DNA from: Pirellulales bacterium
GTDB lineage: Bacteria > Planctomycetota > Planctomycetia > Pirellulales > JBGAPH01
Direction of reading: 5' to 3'
NCBI GenBank assembly: GCA_046349955.1
Contig: JAXMBI010000030.1
Coordinates: forward strand, 17,302 to 81,301
DNA length: 64,000 nucleotides
Shown here: one piece after another, positions 42,348 through 52,240 of the stretch
Numbering within the stretch: position 1 is the stretch's first letter
Layout: each line of letters begins with the position of its first letter
The notes under the pieces: generated by a model
What the model saw: only the letters and a program-made list of their open reading frames with translations
Database searches by the model: none
Told to the model about the DNA's origin: nothing
Position numbers and translations under genes: made by a program

Positions 42348-42916
42348 GGTCGGGTTGGGGCTCGAGCGAGGTGGGTTGGGAATGCGCGTGGCGTGGCGGC
42401 TCCTTCATGTTTAGCACATTTGCCGGCTCGAGAAACCGCTGGTCCGGCGGTGGTAAGGATCGTAGCGAGCCTGCCCAATGCGCTGGCAGCGCTTGCCATG
42501 CGGCTATGCAAGAACTGGGGGGCTGGTGGGTTGGGTGACACGCCGCTGCGGAAGTCTTGTTCTACGCAACCAGTTGCATGAATTGCAGTTGTGCTGCGAT
42601 TGCTCTCGCTGGCCCAGTGGGCAGTCGCGCTCATGGCACTTTGGTTGCTTTGCGGTGCGGGCGGCGATGGGTCTTGCGCTGGCAAGACTTGGCGGATTCT
42701 CGAACCCTCAGGCCGGGCCTCTTCACCGTGCGGGGGCAAAGGGGCCGGCGATTCTTCGCGACCGACGATCGGAACAGACACGAGTGCGCGGCGGCCGGCG
42801 GGTGTGTGGCTCGCCGCCGGCCTCAACGGTTGGGACCCTCTGCCGACTGCCATGGAGGGGACACGGCAGTGGCGATAATTCTGGCTCCGCCTGGCCAGAA
42901 GGAAGCCCCACGGCTT

Positions 42917-42940
42917 GGATAGGGGCCTCGGCCCCTATCC
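42917..42940 (+). other. perfect 10-bp GC-rich hairpin in a long non-coding gap
   Basis: GGATAGGGGC-CTCG-GCCCCTATCC, with GGGGGTTTTG 6 nt downstream. It lies 39 nt after the stop of a weak 95-aa ORF (42591-42878). Confidence 0.4.
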
Positions 42941-43142
42941 AGGTCGGGGGTTTTGCGGCGCCGTGCGCGCCCTACGACCCACAAGCGCGTCAAGATCCGG
43001 CGTTTCTCGTTTTTCTCCTTGGCCGGCGTGCTACGCTCGCATGTGCGCAGAATCCGCAAGGCTATGTGTGAAAGGCAGTTAGGTGTCGCGCACGGTCGAC
43101 GATCTCGTCGTGGCCCCCAAGCGGTCGCTACAATCAGGCCCC

Positions 43143-45104
43143 ATGAACAACGCTCCCCCCGCCCCGGCGGCGCACGAGCACCATCAGAGCTACTGGCTTT
43201 GGGTGATGTGCCTGACCGGGGTCGATTACTTTAGCACCCTCGGTTACCAACCTTCGATCGCTGTGGAAGCCGCCGGCGCCCTTGCGCCGCTGGCGACCGT
43301 CGTTCTCGTGCTCGTCACGTTGCTCGGCGCCCTGCCGGTCTATTCGCACGTGGCCTCCCAATCGCCGCACGGCCAAGGCTCGATCGCCATGCTCGAGCGG
43401 CTCGTCCGCGGCTGGTCGGGCAAGATCCTGGTGCTCGTGCTGCTCGGCTTCGCGGCCACCGACTTCGTGATCACGAAGACGCTCTCGGCCGCAGACGCCG
43501 CCGAGCACATCCAGCACAACCCGCTCTGGGCTCAGCATGCGCCCGGCTGGCTGCACTCCTTTGGCGAGGACCGCCAGCGCGTGGTGCTCACCATGGGCCT
43601 CCTCGTCGCCCTGGGGGCCAGTTTCATGCGAGGGTTTCGCGAAGTCATTGGCATGGCCGTGGCCATCGTGGGGGTCTATCTGATCCTCAACTTGCTGGTC
43701 GTCGGCTTCGGGCTGGCCTTCTTGCTGCAACACCCCAGCCACTTTCAGGAATGGTGGGGCCGGGTTTCGACCGGAGACTGGCACTTGGCGCATGCGCCGC
43801 TCGAAGGGCACGGCCTGGGCGTGATGATCGCGGTGAGCCTGCTCGTGTTTCCCAAACTGGCGCTGGGGCTCAGCGGCTTCGAGACGGGCGTGGCCGTGAT
43901 GCCGCTCATCCGCGGCAATCCCGACGACGATCCGGCCAAGCCGCGAGGCCGCATACGCAACGCGCGGAAGCTGCTGGTCACGGCGGCCGCGATCATGTCG
44001 TTTTTCTTGCTCGGCTCGGCGATCGTCACCGCCACGCTGATTCCCCCCTCCGACATTCACACCGAAGGCAAAGCCCGCAACCGCGCACTCGCCTATTTGG
44101 CGCACGGCGAGGCCCCCGAGCAAATCGCCCCCTTCTTCGGCGAGATCTTCGGCACCGCCTACGACATCAGTACGGTGCTGATCCTGGCCTTCGCCGGCGC
44201 AAGCGCCATGGCGGGCCTCTTGAACTTGATGCCGCGCTACCTGCCGCGCTACGGCATGGCGCCCGAGTGGGCTCGGGCCGTCCGGCCGCTCGTGCTCTTG
44301 TTCACGATCATCAACTTGTTCGTCACGTGGTGGTTCAACGCCGACGTCATCGCCCAAGGGGGCGCCTACGCCACCGGCGTGCTCGTGCTCATTTCGAGCG
44401 CCTGCCTGGCGACGGTGATCGACCTGTTCCGCACCCGCGAAGGCACGTTCTGGCAGCGGGCGCCCAAGCGCTATCTGCTGATCACCGCGGCGTTCCTCTA
44501 CACCACGGCCGCCAACATGATCGAGCGGCCCGACGGCCTGAAGATCGCGAGCTGCTTCATTCTGGGGATCATCGTGTCGTCGATCGTGTCGCGGGTGCAG
44601 CGGAGCACCGAGCTGCGGCTGCACGGCTTCGAGTTCGCCGACGCCGAGAGCAAGTTCCTCTGGGACAGCGTGAAGCACCTGGAGTTTCCGGTGCTCGTGC
44701 CCCACCGCCCCGGCAACCGCATGCTTACGGAAAAGGAGCGGATCATCCGCGACCGGCATCGGCTCTCGGAGGAAGTGCCGATCGTATTCCTCGAGGCCAG
44801 CCTGGAGGATCCCAGCGAATTCGAGCAGGTGCCGCTCGTGCGGGTGTTCGAGCAGGAGGGCAAGTTCGTGATCAAGATCACCCGCTGCGCCTCGATCGCC
44901 CACGTGATCGCCGCCGTGGCGCTCGAACTCTCGCAGGCCGGCAAGCCGCCGGAAGTCCACTTCGGCTGGTCCGATGAAAGCCCGGTGGCGGCCAGCGTGG
45001 GCTTCCTATTGCTGGGCGAAGGGAACGTGCCTTGGATGGTGCGGAAGCTGATCTGTGAAGCGCAGCCCGATCCGGAGCGGCAGCCGCAGGTAATTATTGG
45101 GTGA
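43143..45104 (+). CDS. APC-superfamily-like membrane transporter with a C-terminal cytoplasmic domain
   Basis: About 12 hydrophobic helices over 450 aa ([24 protein letters not shown] ...), followed by a soluble tail of about 200 aa. ATG 43143 is preferred. The family assignment is tentative. Confidence 0.75.
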   Translation: MNNAPPAPAAHEHHQSYWLWVMCLTGVDYFSTLGYQPSIAVEAAGALAPLATVVLVLVTLLGALPVYSHVASQSPHGQGSIAMLERLVRGWSGKILVLVLLGFAATDFVITKTLSAADAAEHIQHNPLWAQHAPGWLHSFGEDRQRVVLTMGLLVALGASFMRGFREVIGMAVAIVGVYLILNLLVVGFGLAFLLQHPSHFQEWWGRVSTGDWHLAHAPLEGHGLGVMIAVSLLVFPKLALGLSGFETGVAVMPLIRGNPDDDPAKPRGRIRNARKLLVTAAAIMSFFLLGSAIVTATLIPPSDIHTEGKARNRALAYLAHGEAPEQIAPFFGEIFGTAYDISTVLILAFAGASAMAGLLNLMPRYLPRYGMAPEWARAVRPLVLLFTIINLFVTWWFNADVIAQGGAYATGVLVLISSACLATVIDLFRTREGTFWQRAPKRYLLITAAFLYTTAANMIERPDGLKIASCFILGIIVSSIVSRVQRSTELRLHGFEFADAESKFLWDSVKHLEFPVLVPHRPGNRMLTEKERIIRDRHRLSEEVPIVFLEASLEDPSEFEQVPLVRVFEQEGKFVIKITRCASIAHVIAAVALELSQAGKPPEVHFGWSDESPVAASVGFLLLGEGNVPWMVRKLICEAQPDPERQPQVIIG

Positions 45105-45387
45105 AGCGGACTACTCTTGCCGAACTGCGGTTTTCGGCGAAGCGGTCGTTTGCGTGGAGGATTGCACAGCTCGCGGGGCAAACACCGCATATTGCCCGCC
45201 CAGCGGCAGGCGGCGACAGCGCTCCTCCCAACAACCCAGTCCGTAGCAGCGCTCCGGGACGAGCAAGAAGTAGCCCAGGTCAGTCTGCCGAAACTCGCTG
45301 TCCGCCAGCAAGGTAAGCGCGGCGCTCGGTCAGCCGCTCGTCGGCAGCTTCGCAGGCATCGCTGCCCGCGTCGGCACGGCGCCGGGT

Positions 45388-45681
45388 GTGGCGGACGACC
45401 CGGCCTATCAGTTCAGCTTTCACCAACCGGGCATCGTCGCGGGGCAGGCGGGAGACATCGTGGCCCTGCCGGAGCCGGGTGGCATGACGCTGGCCATGGC
45501 CGGGCTTGTCTTGCTCGTCGTCGCACGACGACCGTCACGTGAACGTGGGTTGCGGCAAGCGCGCCCCCGGCGAGCGGCCGGCGTCAGCCGGCTGACCGTG
45601 CGTGGCGAGCCCCAACAACCGCGATCGGCCCGCCAACTTACGTTGGGCCGCTCGTCGGTGCGGCGCTCAGTGCGCTGTTGA
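45388..45681 (+). pseudogene. PEP-CTERM sorting-signal remnant (no signal peptide, no body)
   Basis: The translation contains ...IVALPEPGGMTLAMAGLVLLVVARRPSR, which is a PEP motif plus TM helix plus Arg cluster. The reading frame is closed by TAG at 45271, leaving no N-terminal signal peptide or ATG. The surrounding 600 bp has no convincing CDS. Confidence 0.35.
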
Positions 45682-45704
45682 AACGCCGGAAAAGTGCAGA
45701 ATCC

Positions 45705-46226
45705 CTAACCCGCGACCTGCGGCATTCGTCGCTTGATTTCCGCAAGAAACTCTTGCGCCTGCTGAGGCGACTTGAACGCGCGGAGCGGAACGCCAACCAC
45801 GCCGATTGGTCCGCGGATTGCTATCCGGTCAGTGTCTTCCTCGATGGCCTTCAGACCCTTCCATCGCAACAAAATTTCCAAATCACCCTGGTCGACAAGG
45901 ACACCGTCGTCTTCGAGTTCAATCACGACACGCGTCGACGAACGATCAGCGAGCGCATGTTCGGCAAGGCGCCGCTCGAGGTTTTGCTGCATGCCTGACT
46001 GCATCTTGAACGCAAGCGGCAAACCCACGATAACGCCAAACGCGGCGAAGACCAGCTTGACCGTTGGCGTATCAGGGATCAGGAGATAGAGCAGCAAGCC
46101 GCCCAAGGCGGCTCCGCCCACGGCATTGAGCTGTTGCATACGACGAATTGGCGGCGCCGTCTGCGACCTGGCAAGTCGCTGGAGTGCTACGAGGTCATCG
46201 ACCGTGGTTTCGTATTCGACCCGCAC
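45705..46226 (-). CDS. YcxB-like membrane protein (173 aa)
   Basis: The topology (N-terminal soluble segment, two adjacent TM helices AVGGAALGGLLLYLLI and VKLVFAAFGVIVGLPLAF, then a C-terminal beta-rich domain) matches the YcxB family layout. The call is tentative. Confidence 0.55.
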   Translation of the reverse strand: MRVEYETTVDDLVALQRLARSQTAPPIRRMQQLNAVGGAALGGLLLYLLIPDTPTVKLVFAAFGVIVGLPLAFKMQSGMQQNLERRLAEHALADRSSTRVVIELEDDGVLVDQGDLEILLRWKGLKAIEEDTDRIAIRGPIGVVGVPLRAFKSPQQAQEFLAEIKRRMPQVAG

Positions 46227-46253
46227 AGCGCAAGCCCTGCGTTTAAGTGCAAC

Positions 46254-49200
46254 TCAGCGTCGCGCCATCGCCGGCGCGCCGTTCCCGCGGCGTTGCGGGG
46301 GCGGGGGCGCCGCCTTGGGCGGCGCCGCTAGCGGTTTCAAATTGCCGGGGCCGAGCAAATCGTCGACGCGCGCCCGCAACTCCGCGCCAATCTCGATCCG
46401 TAGGTTTTCGCACGCCATCATCATCCGGGCACCGTCGCTAAAGGAGACGACGAGTTGCAGCTCCGAGGAACCGGGATAGCCGCGGACGATCTCGCGGAGT
46501 TGGTCGATGTGTCGCTCGGTGTGCTGACCTTCCACGATCCGCACCATCAGGCCGCGGGTATAACGGCGGGCCAGCTCGTCGAGCGGGATCAACTCGTTGA
46601 CCACGAGGTTGGCCTCTTCGCTGCCAGGGCGACGGTCGACGACGCCTCGGACCGCGAGGATTGCGTCGGCGACCACCAGGTGGCCGAAGTCGCGGAACTG
46701 GTCGGGCCAGAGGATGCAGCGGACGATGCCGTCCATGTCCTCGAGGTCGAACATCACGTACTTCGTGTCGCCGCCAGGCTGGCGGGCGCTCTTGGTGTGC
46801 GAGAACTTGAGCGACGCGAGCATCCCGCCGAGCAGGATCTCGGAGCGATGCTGCAACTCGCCCATGCTGCTCGAGCTGTGGGTGCAGAAAGTCTTGAGCG
46901 TGGCCTCATGTTCCGCCAGCGGATGGCTCGTGATGTAGAAGCCGAGCACCTCCTTTTCGTTCGACAGCCGCTGTCGCTCCTCCCACTCTGGCACGTCGGG
47001 GAGGGAGCTACTGGCGGCCCCCGCAGCGGCTGGCTCGTCGTCGTCGGCGTCGAACAGGCCTTTCTGGCCAGCGCGGCGATCGGCCACGGCCGCTGCGCCC
47101 GATTGCACGGCCCGATCGACCACGGCTGCAAGCTGCGCGCGGCGAGCGCCCAGCGAATCGAAAGCTCCGGCTTTGACCAGCGTTTCGAGGGTCGCGCGGT
47201 TGGCCACCAAGGGATCAACGCGCTCGCAGAAATCGAACAGACTCCGAAACGGACCGTTGGCCTGCCGCTCGGCGACGATCGCGGCGCTGGCGGGGCCGCC
47301 GCAGCCCTTGATCGCCTTGAGGCCAAACACGATCTTGCCTTCGGAAACGATGAAGTCGCCTTCCGAACGGTTCACGTCGGGGGGCACGATCTCGATGTTC
47401 ATGCGCCGGCAGTCTTCGAGATGCTCGACGAGCGCGTCCTTCTTCTTGAAGTTGCGCCCCGGGATGTCGCCCGAGAGGAGCGCGGCCATGAACTCGATCG
47501 GATAGTGGGCCTTGAGGTAGGCCGTGATATAGGCGATCGCCGCGTAGGCCGTGCTGTGGCTCTTGTTGAAGCCGTAGCCGGCGAACTTTTCGATCATGCC
47601 GAACAGATCGATCGCTTCCTGCTTCGGCAGCCCCTTGGAGACCGCCCCTTCCACAAACTCCTCGCGGAACTTGGCGATCATCGAGAGCTTTTTCTTGCTG
47701 ATCGCTTTGATGCAGGTATACGCACTGGAGAGCTCGATGCCCCCCAGGCGATTGAGAATCCGCATCACCTGCTCCTGGTAGACCATGACCCCGTGGGTCT
47801 CTTCCAGGACGTCCTTCATCACCGGGTGCTTATATTCGGCCGGCTTGCGGCCGTGCTTCACCTGCACGTAGTCGTCGACCATGCCCCCTTCGAGCGGGCC
47901 GGGACGATACAGCGCGTTCGTGGCAATGATGTCGCGGAAGTGGTCGGGCTTCATCTTCTGCAGCAGATCGCGGATGCCGCCGCTTTCGAGCTGGAAGACG
48001 CCCTTGGTTTCACCGCGGCACAGCAGGGCAAATGTCGGCTTGTCGTCGAGCGGGAACTTGTAGGGGTCGACCCGCTTGCCGGTGGTCTGCTCGATCAGGT
48101 CGACCGCCTTCGACAGAATCGTGAGGTTGCGCAGTCCCAAGAAGTCCATCTTCAAGAGGCCGGCCGCCTCGACGTCGCCCATCGCCCACTGGGTGATGAC
48201 GTCTTCCTTCCCTTGCACGCAACCCAGCGGCACGTATTCGGTGAGCGGCCGGTCGGCGATCACCACGGCCGCGGCATGCGTGCCGACGTTGCGCGCCAGG
48301 CCTTCGATCTTGCGCGCGAGGTCGAGCAGCTCGCGGGCTTCGTGGTCTTGCTCGTAGGCCCGCTTGAGATCGGCGCTCTGCTCGATCGCCTCGTCGAGCG
48401 TGATGCCGAGTTCCTCGGGCACCATGGCCACGACCGAGTCGACGCGGGGGATGGGCCAGCCGAGGGCGCGGCCCACGTCGCGGATCGCTGCCCGCGCAGC
48501 GAGGGTGCCGAAGGTGCCGATCTGGGCCACGTTGTCGGCGCCGTACTTCTGCTTGACGTAGTCGATGACTTCGCCGCGGCGCTCCTTGCAAAAGTCGATG
48601 TCGATATCGGGCGCCTCGAGCCGGTTCTCGTCGAGGAACCGCTCGAAGATCAAGTCGTAGGCCAGCGGGCACACATGGCTCAGGTAGAGCGCATAGCAAA
48701 CAAGCGCGCCCACGCCTGATCCGCGGGCCGTGGCCGGAATGCCTTGCTCGCGGGCATAGCGCACGAAGTCCCAGACGATGAGAAAGTAGTTGGGGAAGCC
48801 GAGCACGTTGATCACGTGGAGCTCGCGATCGAGCCGGTCGATCACTTCCTTCGAGAGCTCGCCGTTCTCCCAGCGATCGGGGCGGTCGGCATAGCGTTCC
48901 TTGAGGCCTTGCAGGCACAACTCGCGCAGATACTCGGTCGGAGTCTGTTCGTTGGGCGGCGAGAAGTTCGGAAAGTGCCGCTTGCCGAGTTCGAGCTCGA
49001 TGTCGACGCGGTCGGCGATCTCCTGGCTGCGGCCCACGGCTTCTTCGAGGCCCGGGAAGGCCGCGTACATATCCTCCGGCGCGCGAAGGTAGAACTGGTC
49101 CCCCTCCATCCGCATCCGGTTGGTGTCGGTGCGAAACTTGCCGGTGTTGATGCAGAGCAGAACGTCTTGGGCCTCGGCGTCGGTCTGATCGACGTAGTGG

Positions 49201-49841
49201 GCGTCGCTCGTGGCGACGAGCGGAAAGCCGTGGCTGCGGGCGAAGTCGACGGCCGCCTCGAGCTGCTGCCGCTGAATGTCGACGCCGTTGTTCTGGATCT
49301 CGATGAAGTAGCGGTCGCCGAAGACTTTTTGGAACCAGCCGGCGATGTCGAGGGCACTGGCCAGATCGCTCGAGTCGGCCTGCCCGCGCAGCAGCGCGCG
49401 GCTGAACTCGCTCGACACGCAGCCGCTCAGGCAGATGATGCCTTCGCTATGGGCGGCCAGCAGTTCCTTGTCGATGCGGGGCTTGAAGTAGAAGCCTTCG
49501 AGGAACGCGGCCGAGGCCAGCTTCGTCAAGTTTTTGAAGCCCGTGCGGTTGGCGGCCAGGAGCGTCAGGTGGTAGGCGTTTTCCTTGAGGCTGCCGCCGT
49601 CGCGCTGAAAGCGGCTGCCGGGGGCGATGTAGGCCTCGTAGCCCAGGATCGGCTTGATGCCGGCGCCCTTGGCCTTCTTGTAGAACTCGAGGGCGCCGTA
49701 GAGGTTGCCGTGATCGGTGAGCGCCAGCGCGTTCATCCCGTGCTGCTTGGCCCGCTCGACCAGCCCGCCGATGGGGCTCGCGCCGTCGAGCAGGCTGTAG
49801 TGGCTGTGGCAGTGAAGGTGGACGAACGGTCTGCCTGACAT
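46254..49841 (-). CDS. dnaE: DNA polymerase III subunit alpha
   Basis: N-terminal PHP domain FVHLHCHSHYSLLDGA. Palm and fingers motifs are present (DIDIDF, GLLKMDFLGLRNLT, FNKSHSTAYA), along with a C-terminal OB fold. 1195 aa. Confidence 0.97.
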   Translation of the reverse strand: MSGRPFVHLHCHSHYSLLDGASPIGGLVERAKQHGMNALALTDHGNLYGALEFYKKAKGAGIKPILGYEAYIAPGSRFQRDGGSLKENAYHLTLLAANRTGFKNLTKLASAAFLEGFYFKPRIDKELLAAHSEGIICLSGCVSSEFSRALLRGQADSSDLASALDIAGWFQKVFGDRYFIEIQNNGVDIQRQQLEAAVDFARSHGFPLVATSDAHYVDQTDAEAQDVLLCINTGKFRTDTNRMRMEGDQFYLRAPEDMYAAFPGLEEAVGRSQEIADRVDIELELGKRHFPNFSPPNEQTPTEYLRELCLQGLKERYADRPDRWENGELSKEVIDRLDRELHVINVLGFPNYFLIVWDFVRYAREQGIPATARGSGVGALVCYALYLSHVCPLAYDLIFERFLDENRLEAPDIDIDFCKERRGEVIDYVKQKYGADNVAQIGTFGTLAARAAIRDVGRALGWPIPRVDSVVAMVPEELGITLDEAIEQSADLKRAYEQDHEARELLDLARKIEGLARNVGTHAAAVVIADRPLTEYVPLGCVQGKEDVITQWAMGDVEAAGLLKMDFLGLRNLTILSKAVDLIEQTTGKRVDPYKFPLDDKPTFALLCRGETKGVFQLESGGIRDLLQKMKPDHFRDIIATNALYRPGPLEGGMVDDYVQVKHGRKPAEYKHPVMKDVLEETHGVMVYQEQVMRILNRLGGIELSSAYTCIKAISKKKLSMIAKFREEFVEGAVSKGLPKQEAIDLFGMIEKFAGYGFNKSHSTAYAAIAYITAYLKAHYPIEFMAALLSGDIPGRNFKKKDALVEHLEDCRRMNIEIVPPDVNRSEGDFIVSEGKIVFGLKAIKGCGGPASAAIVAERQANGPFRSLFDFCERVDPLVANRATLETLVKAGAFDSLGARRAQLAAVVDRAVQSGAAAVADRRAGQKGLFDADDDEPAAAGAASSSLPDVPEWEERQRLSNEKEVLGFYITSHPLAEHEATLKTFCTHSSSSMGELQHRSEILLGGMLASLKFSHTKSARQPGGDTKYVMFDLEDMDGIVRCILWPDQFRDFGHLVVADAILAVRGVVDRRPGSEEANLVVNELIPLDELARRYTRGLMVRIVEGQHTERHIDQLREIVRGYPGSSELQLVVSFSDGARMMMACENLRIEIGAELRARVDDLLGPGNLKPLAAPPKAAPPPPQRRGNGAPAMARR

Positions 49842-50147
49842 CGAGAAGGCGCCTCCCTTGCGAACTGCGTACGGCCGGCCGCTAGCGCCCCAGACAGGCT
49901 GCTAGCGGCCGAAAACCCGATTCTACCAGGGGCCGGGAGGCGGGCAACCAAGGCCGAGCGTTTGGTGTGAGTCGTGTCCGAGATTCGACTTAGAGCTTCG
50001 TTCCATGCGAGCGCCTTTCCGTCGCCGGCGCGGTTCCGCACGGCTTCGACGGGCCTTCAACGTGCCTTCGGTTGCCATCAATGCTTCAAACGTCCTACGA
50101 TCGCAGCGGTTCCGGTTGCTGCGGGCTCGCATTGGATCGACCGAGGT

Positions 50148-51221
50148 ATGATTAGGCTCTTCACGCCCGAGTATGCGACCGCCCGCCAGCGCTTCCTAGC
50201 TGTCGGCGCGGCTACTGGCGGACAGGCCGAGGCCGTGGAATTCGCTGCCCGGGGGCCGGCGGGCGAGCCTCTGTTTTTGGACTGCCTGCGGTTAGGAGAC
50301 CAGGGTGCCCGCCGCGTCCTGCTGCTCTCGAGCGGCCTGCACGGCGTCGAAGGCTTCTTTGGCTCGGCCGTGCAATGCCGGCTGCTCGAGAGCGGGGCCT
50401 TGGCGCCGCCGGCCGGCGCCGCCGTCGTGCTGCTCCACGCGCTCAATCCGTTTGGCTTCGCCTGGCTGCGGCGGACGAACGAGCAGAACATCGACTGCAA
50501 CCGCAACTTCCTGCTCGCCAGCCAGCAATACAGCGGGGCTGCGCCCGAGTACGCCGCCCTCGATGCGCTGCTGAATCCACGCTGCGCTCCACGGCCCGAC
50601 ACGTTCCTGCTACGGGCAGCCTGGAAGATCCTGCGACTTGGCATGCCGGCGTTCAAGCAGGCGGTCGCTGCGGGGCAATACGAGTTCCCGCGCGGCCTAT
50701 TCTTCGGCGGGCATGGGCCCAGCGAAACGCTGCGCGTGCTCGACGAGCGGCTGCCAAGCTGGCTTGGTCCGGCCGAGCGAGTGCTGCATCTGGACTACCA
50801 CACGGGGCTCGGCCCATGGGGCGACTACCAGCTCTATCTCGAGCAGGACTTGCCCGACGAAGCCCGCGCGAGGCTGGAACAATTGGGGCCTGGCAAGCTG
50901 CGGGCAACTCGCCGCGGGGATCTGCCCTATGTCACCAAGGGGAGCATCCAACCTTGGCTCGCCCAGCGGCTCGCCGGGCGCGACTACGTCGGCCTGTGCG
51001 CCGAGTTCGGCACGTATGCGCCGCTGCGAGTGCTCGCGGCACTGCGGGCGGAGAACCAGGCCTTTCACTATGCCGAGCGCGGGCAGCCGACGGCGACGCG
51101 GGCACGGCAGCGTTTGCTCGAGGTCTTCTGCCCTGCGGACGCCGGCTGGCGGGAAACGGTCGTCGAGCGTGGCTGCGCACTCGCCCACCGCGCGCTCGAG
51201 CAGGTTCGGGAAGCCGGATGA
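50148..51221 (+). CDS. M14-family zinc carboxypeptidase-like protein (DUF2817 type)
   Basis: LLLSSGLHGVEG (H-x-x-E zinc motif) and LHALNPFGFAWLRRTNEQNIDCNRNF. ATG 50148 (MIRLF...) is preferred over the 49974 extension. Confidence 0.8.
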   Translation: MIRLFTPEYATARQRFLAVGAATGGQAEAVEFAARGPAGEPLFLDCLRLGDQGARRVLLLSSGLHGVEGFFGSAVQCRLLESGALAPPAGAAVVLLHALNPFGFAWLRRTNEQNIDCNRNFLLASQQYSGAAPEYAALDALLNPRCAPRPDTFLLRAAWKILRLGMPAFKQAVAAGQYEFPRGLFFGGHGPSETLRVLDERLPSWLGPAERVLHLDYHTGLGPWGDYQLYLEQDLPDEARARLEQLGPGKLRATRRGDLPYVTKGSIQPWLAQRLAGRDYVGLCAEFGTYAPLRVLAALRAENQAFHYAERGQPTATRARQRLLEVFCPADAGWRETVVERGCALAHRALEQVREAG

Positions 51222-51484
51222 ATTCGGCGGCTAGCTAGCTTGTGCTTTGTCACAGGTGAAGGTTCAGATTGGCGAGCGGTGATTTGGCAAATCGGCGTGA
51301 AGGTCAGCCAGCTCACGCTGCCGCTCGCCGGAACCGGCGGCCAAAACCACCGCCCAGGCGAGCGGCCCGGCGTAAGCCGGCCGATTCCGCGCGATCTGGC
51401 AATTCGGCCGCGAAGTCAGCCAGCCCACCCCGGGAGCTCGATGGATCGTTTGCTCCGACCCGGAACCTAGGCTTCGACAAAGCG

Positions 51485-51844
51485 CTACGAACGGCGTCGC
51501 CAGGGAATCTGTCCCTTGGTGTTCAAAGCCGCCGGATCGATGGCCAGGTCGTCGAGCACTCGGCCGCCGACCACCGTTTCGTCGAGAATCCGCGGCACGT
51601 CGGCCGCCGTCACGTTGCCATACCAGATGCCCTGGGGGTAGATCACCACCGTGGGGCCGTACTCGCACTGCTCCAGGCAGCCTGCCGAGTTTGCGCGCAC
51701 CAGCGGCCCCAGCTTGCGCCGTTTGAGTTCCGCCTTGAAGCACTCGCGCAGGGCTTCGGTTCCTTCGGGATCGCAGCAGCCGCGCGGATGCCCCGGCTCG
51801 CGCTGGTTGCAGCAGACGAAGATATGGCTCGTGAACGGAGGCAT
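51485..51844 (-). CDS. thioredoxin-like [2Fe-2S] ferredoxin
   Basis: HIFVCCNQREPGHPRGCC ... ANSAGCLEQCEYGPTVVIYPQGIWYG is the Cys ligand pattern of the (2Fe-2S) ferredoxin/thioredoxin-like family. The ATG directly abuts the upstream stop (TAGATG). Confidence 0.85.
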   Translation of the reverse strand: MPPFTSHIFVCCNQREPGHPRGCCDPEGTEALRECFKAELKRRKLGPLVRANSAGCLEQCEYGPTVVIYPQGIWYGNVTAADVPRILDETVVGGRVLDDLAIDPAALNTKGQIPWRRRS

Positions 51845-52240
51845 CTAGCGGTTGCCGGAGCGGTGGAAATGAACATGCCGCCAGCCGCCGCCGATCTTTT
51901 GCCAGACGCGGGTCTCCTCGCAGCAATCGGTGGTGAACGCGCCGTCGGCGGTTTGCCGCTGAATGAGCCGCACGTAGCTAACGACCGCGGCGTCGTTGCC
52001 GAGCAGCCGGACGTGGGGCGAGGTGATCGTGTTCAGCTTGCGGACCGGAGATCCGCCGCCGTTCCCTTGAAAGTAGAAGCGGTGGAAGTCGAGCCCTTCC
52101 ACCAGGTGGCCGCGGGCTTCGGCTTCGAAGGCGCTGAGGGTGGGGTCGCAAAGCTGCTCATAGGTCGACCAGTCGCCGGCAGCGATGCTGTCGAGCAGCT
52201 GCTGGCTGAGCACCAGCAGTTCTTGTTCGCGAGAATTCAT
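51845..52240 (-). CDS. CaMKII association (hub) domain-like protein, SnoaL/NTF2 fold (131 aa)
   Basis: LCDPTLSAFEAEARGHLVEGLDFHRFYF ... PHVRLLGNDAAVVSYVRL ... EETRVWQKIGGGWRHVHFHRSG. Several blocks are identical to the eukaryotic CaMKII hub as I recall it (LVEGLDFHRFYF, EETRVW, VHFHRSG). Start at ATG 52240; the extension to 52549 is a shadow of the upstream gene's tail. Confidence 0.85.
   Translation of the reverse strand: MNSREQELLVLSQQLLDSIAAGDWSTYEQLCDPTLSAFEAEARGHLVEGLDFHRFYFQGNGGGSPVRKLNTITSPHVRLLGNDAAVVSYVRLIQRQTADGAFTTDCCEETRVWQKIGGGWRHVHFHRSGNR

Noticed and set aside
42691-42712. tRNA T-arm-like string on the minus strand (GGGTTCGAGAATCC)
   Set aside because: The flanking bases cannot form the T-stem, and no acceptor, D or anticodon arms can be drawn. 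I found no tRNA-like cloverleaf anywhere in the window.
42323-42853. 176-aa minus-strand ORF and 197-aa plus-strand ORF (42478..43071) in the long intergenic gap
   Set aside because: Their composition is Pro/Arg/Ala/Ser-rich and not protein-like. One overlaps the NeuD-like gene start. Neither has a motif.
43134-44960. 608-aa minus-strand ORF and 408-aa plus-strand alternative frame over the transporter gene
   Set aside because: Only the 43143..45104 frame yields helix-length hydrophobic segments. The others are Arg/Gly/His-rich shadow frames.
45111-45311. 66-aa minus-strand ORF (TTG start) in the degenerate region after the transporter
   Set aside because: An in-frame stop lies 6 codons upstream of the TTG. 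It has no motif and mixed codon bias. I treat it as non-coding.
46455-49838. Two long plus-strand ORFs (754 aa and 364 aa) opposite dnaE
   Set aside because: They are antisense shadows of dnaE. The dnaE frame carries all the conserved PHP and polymerase motifs.
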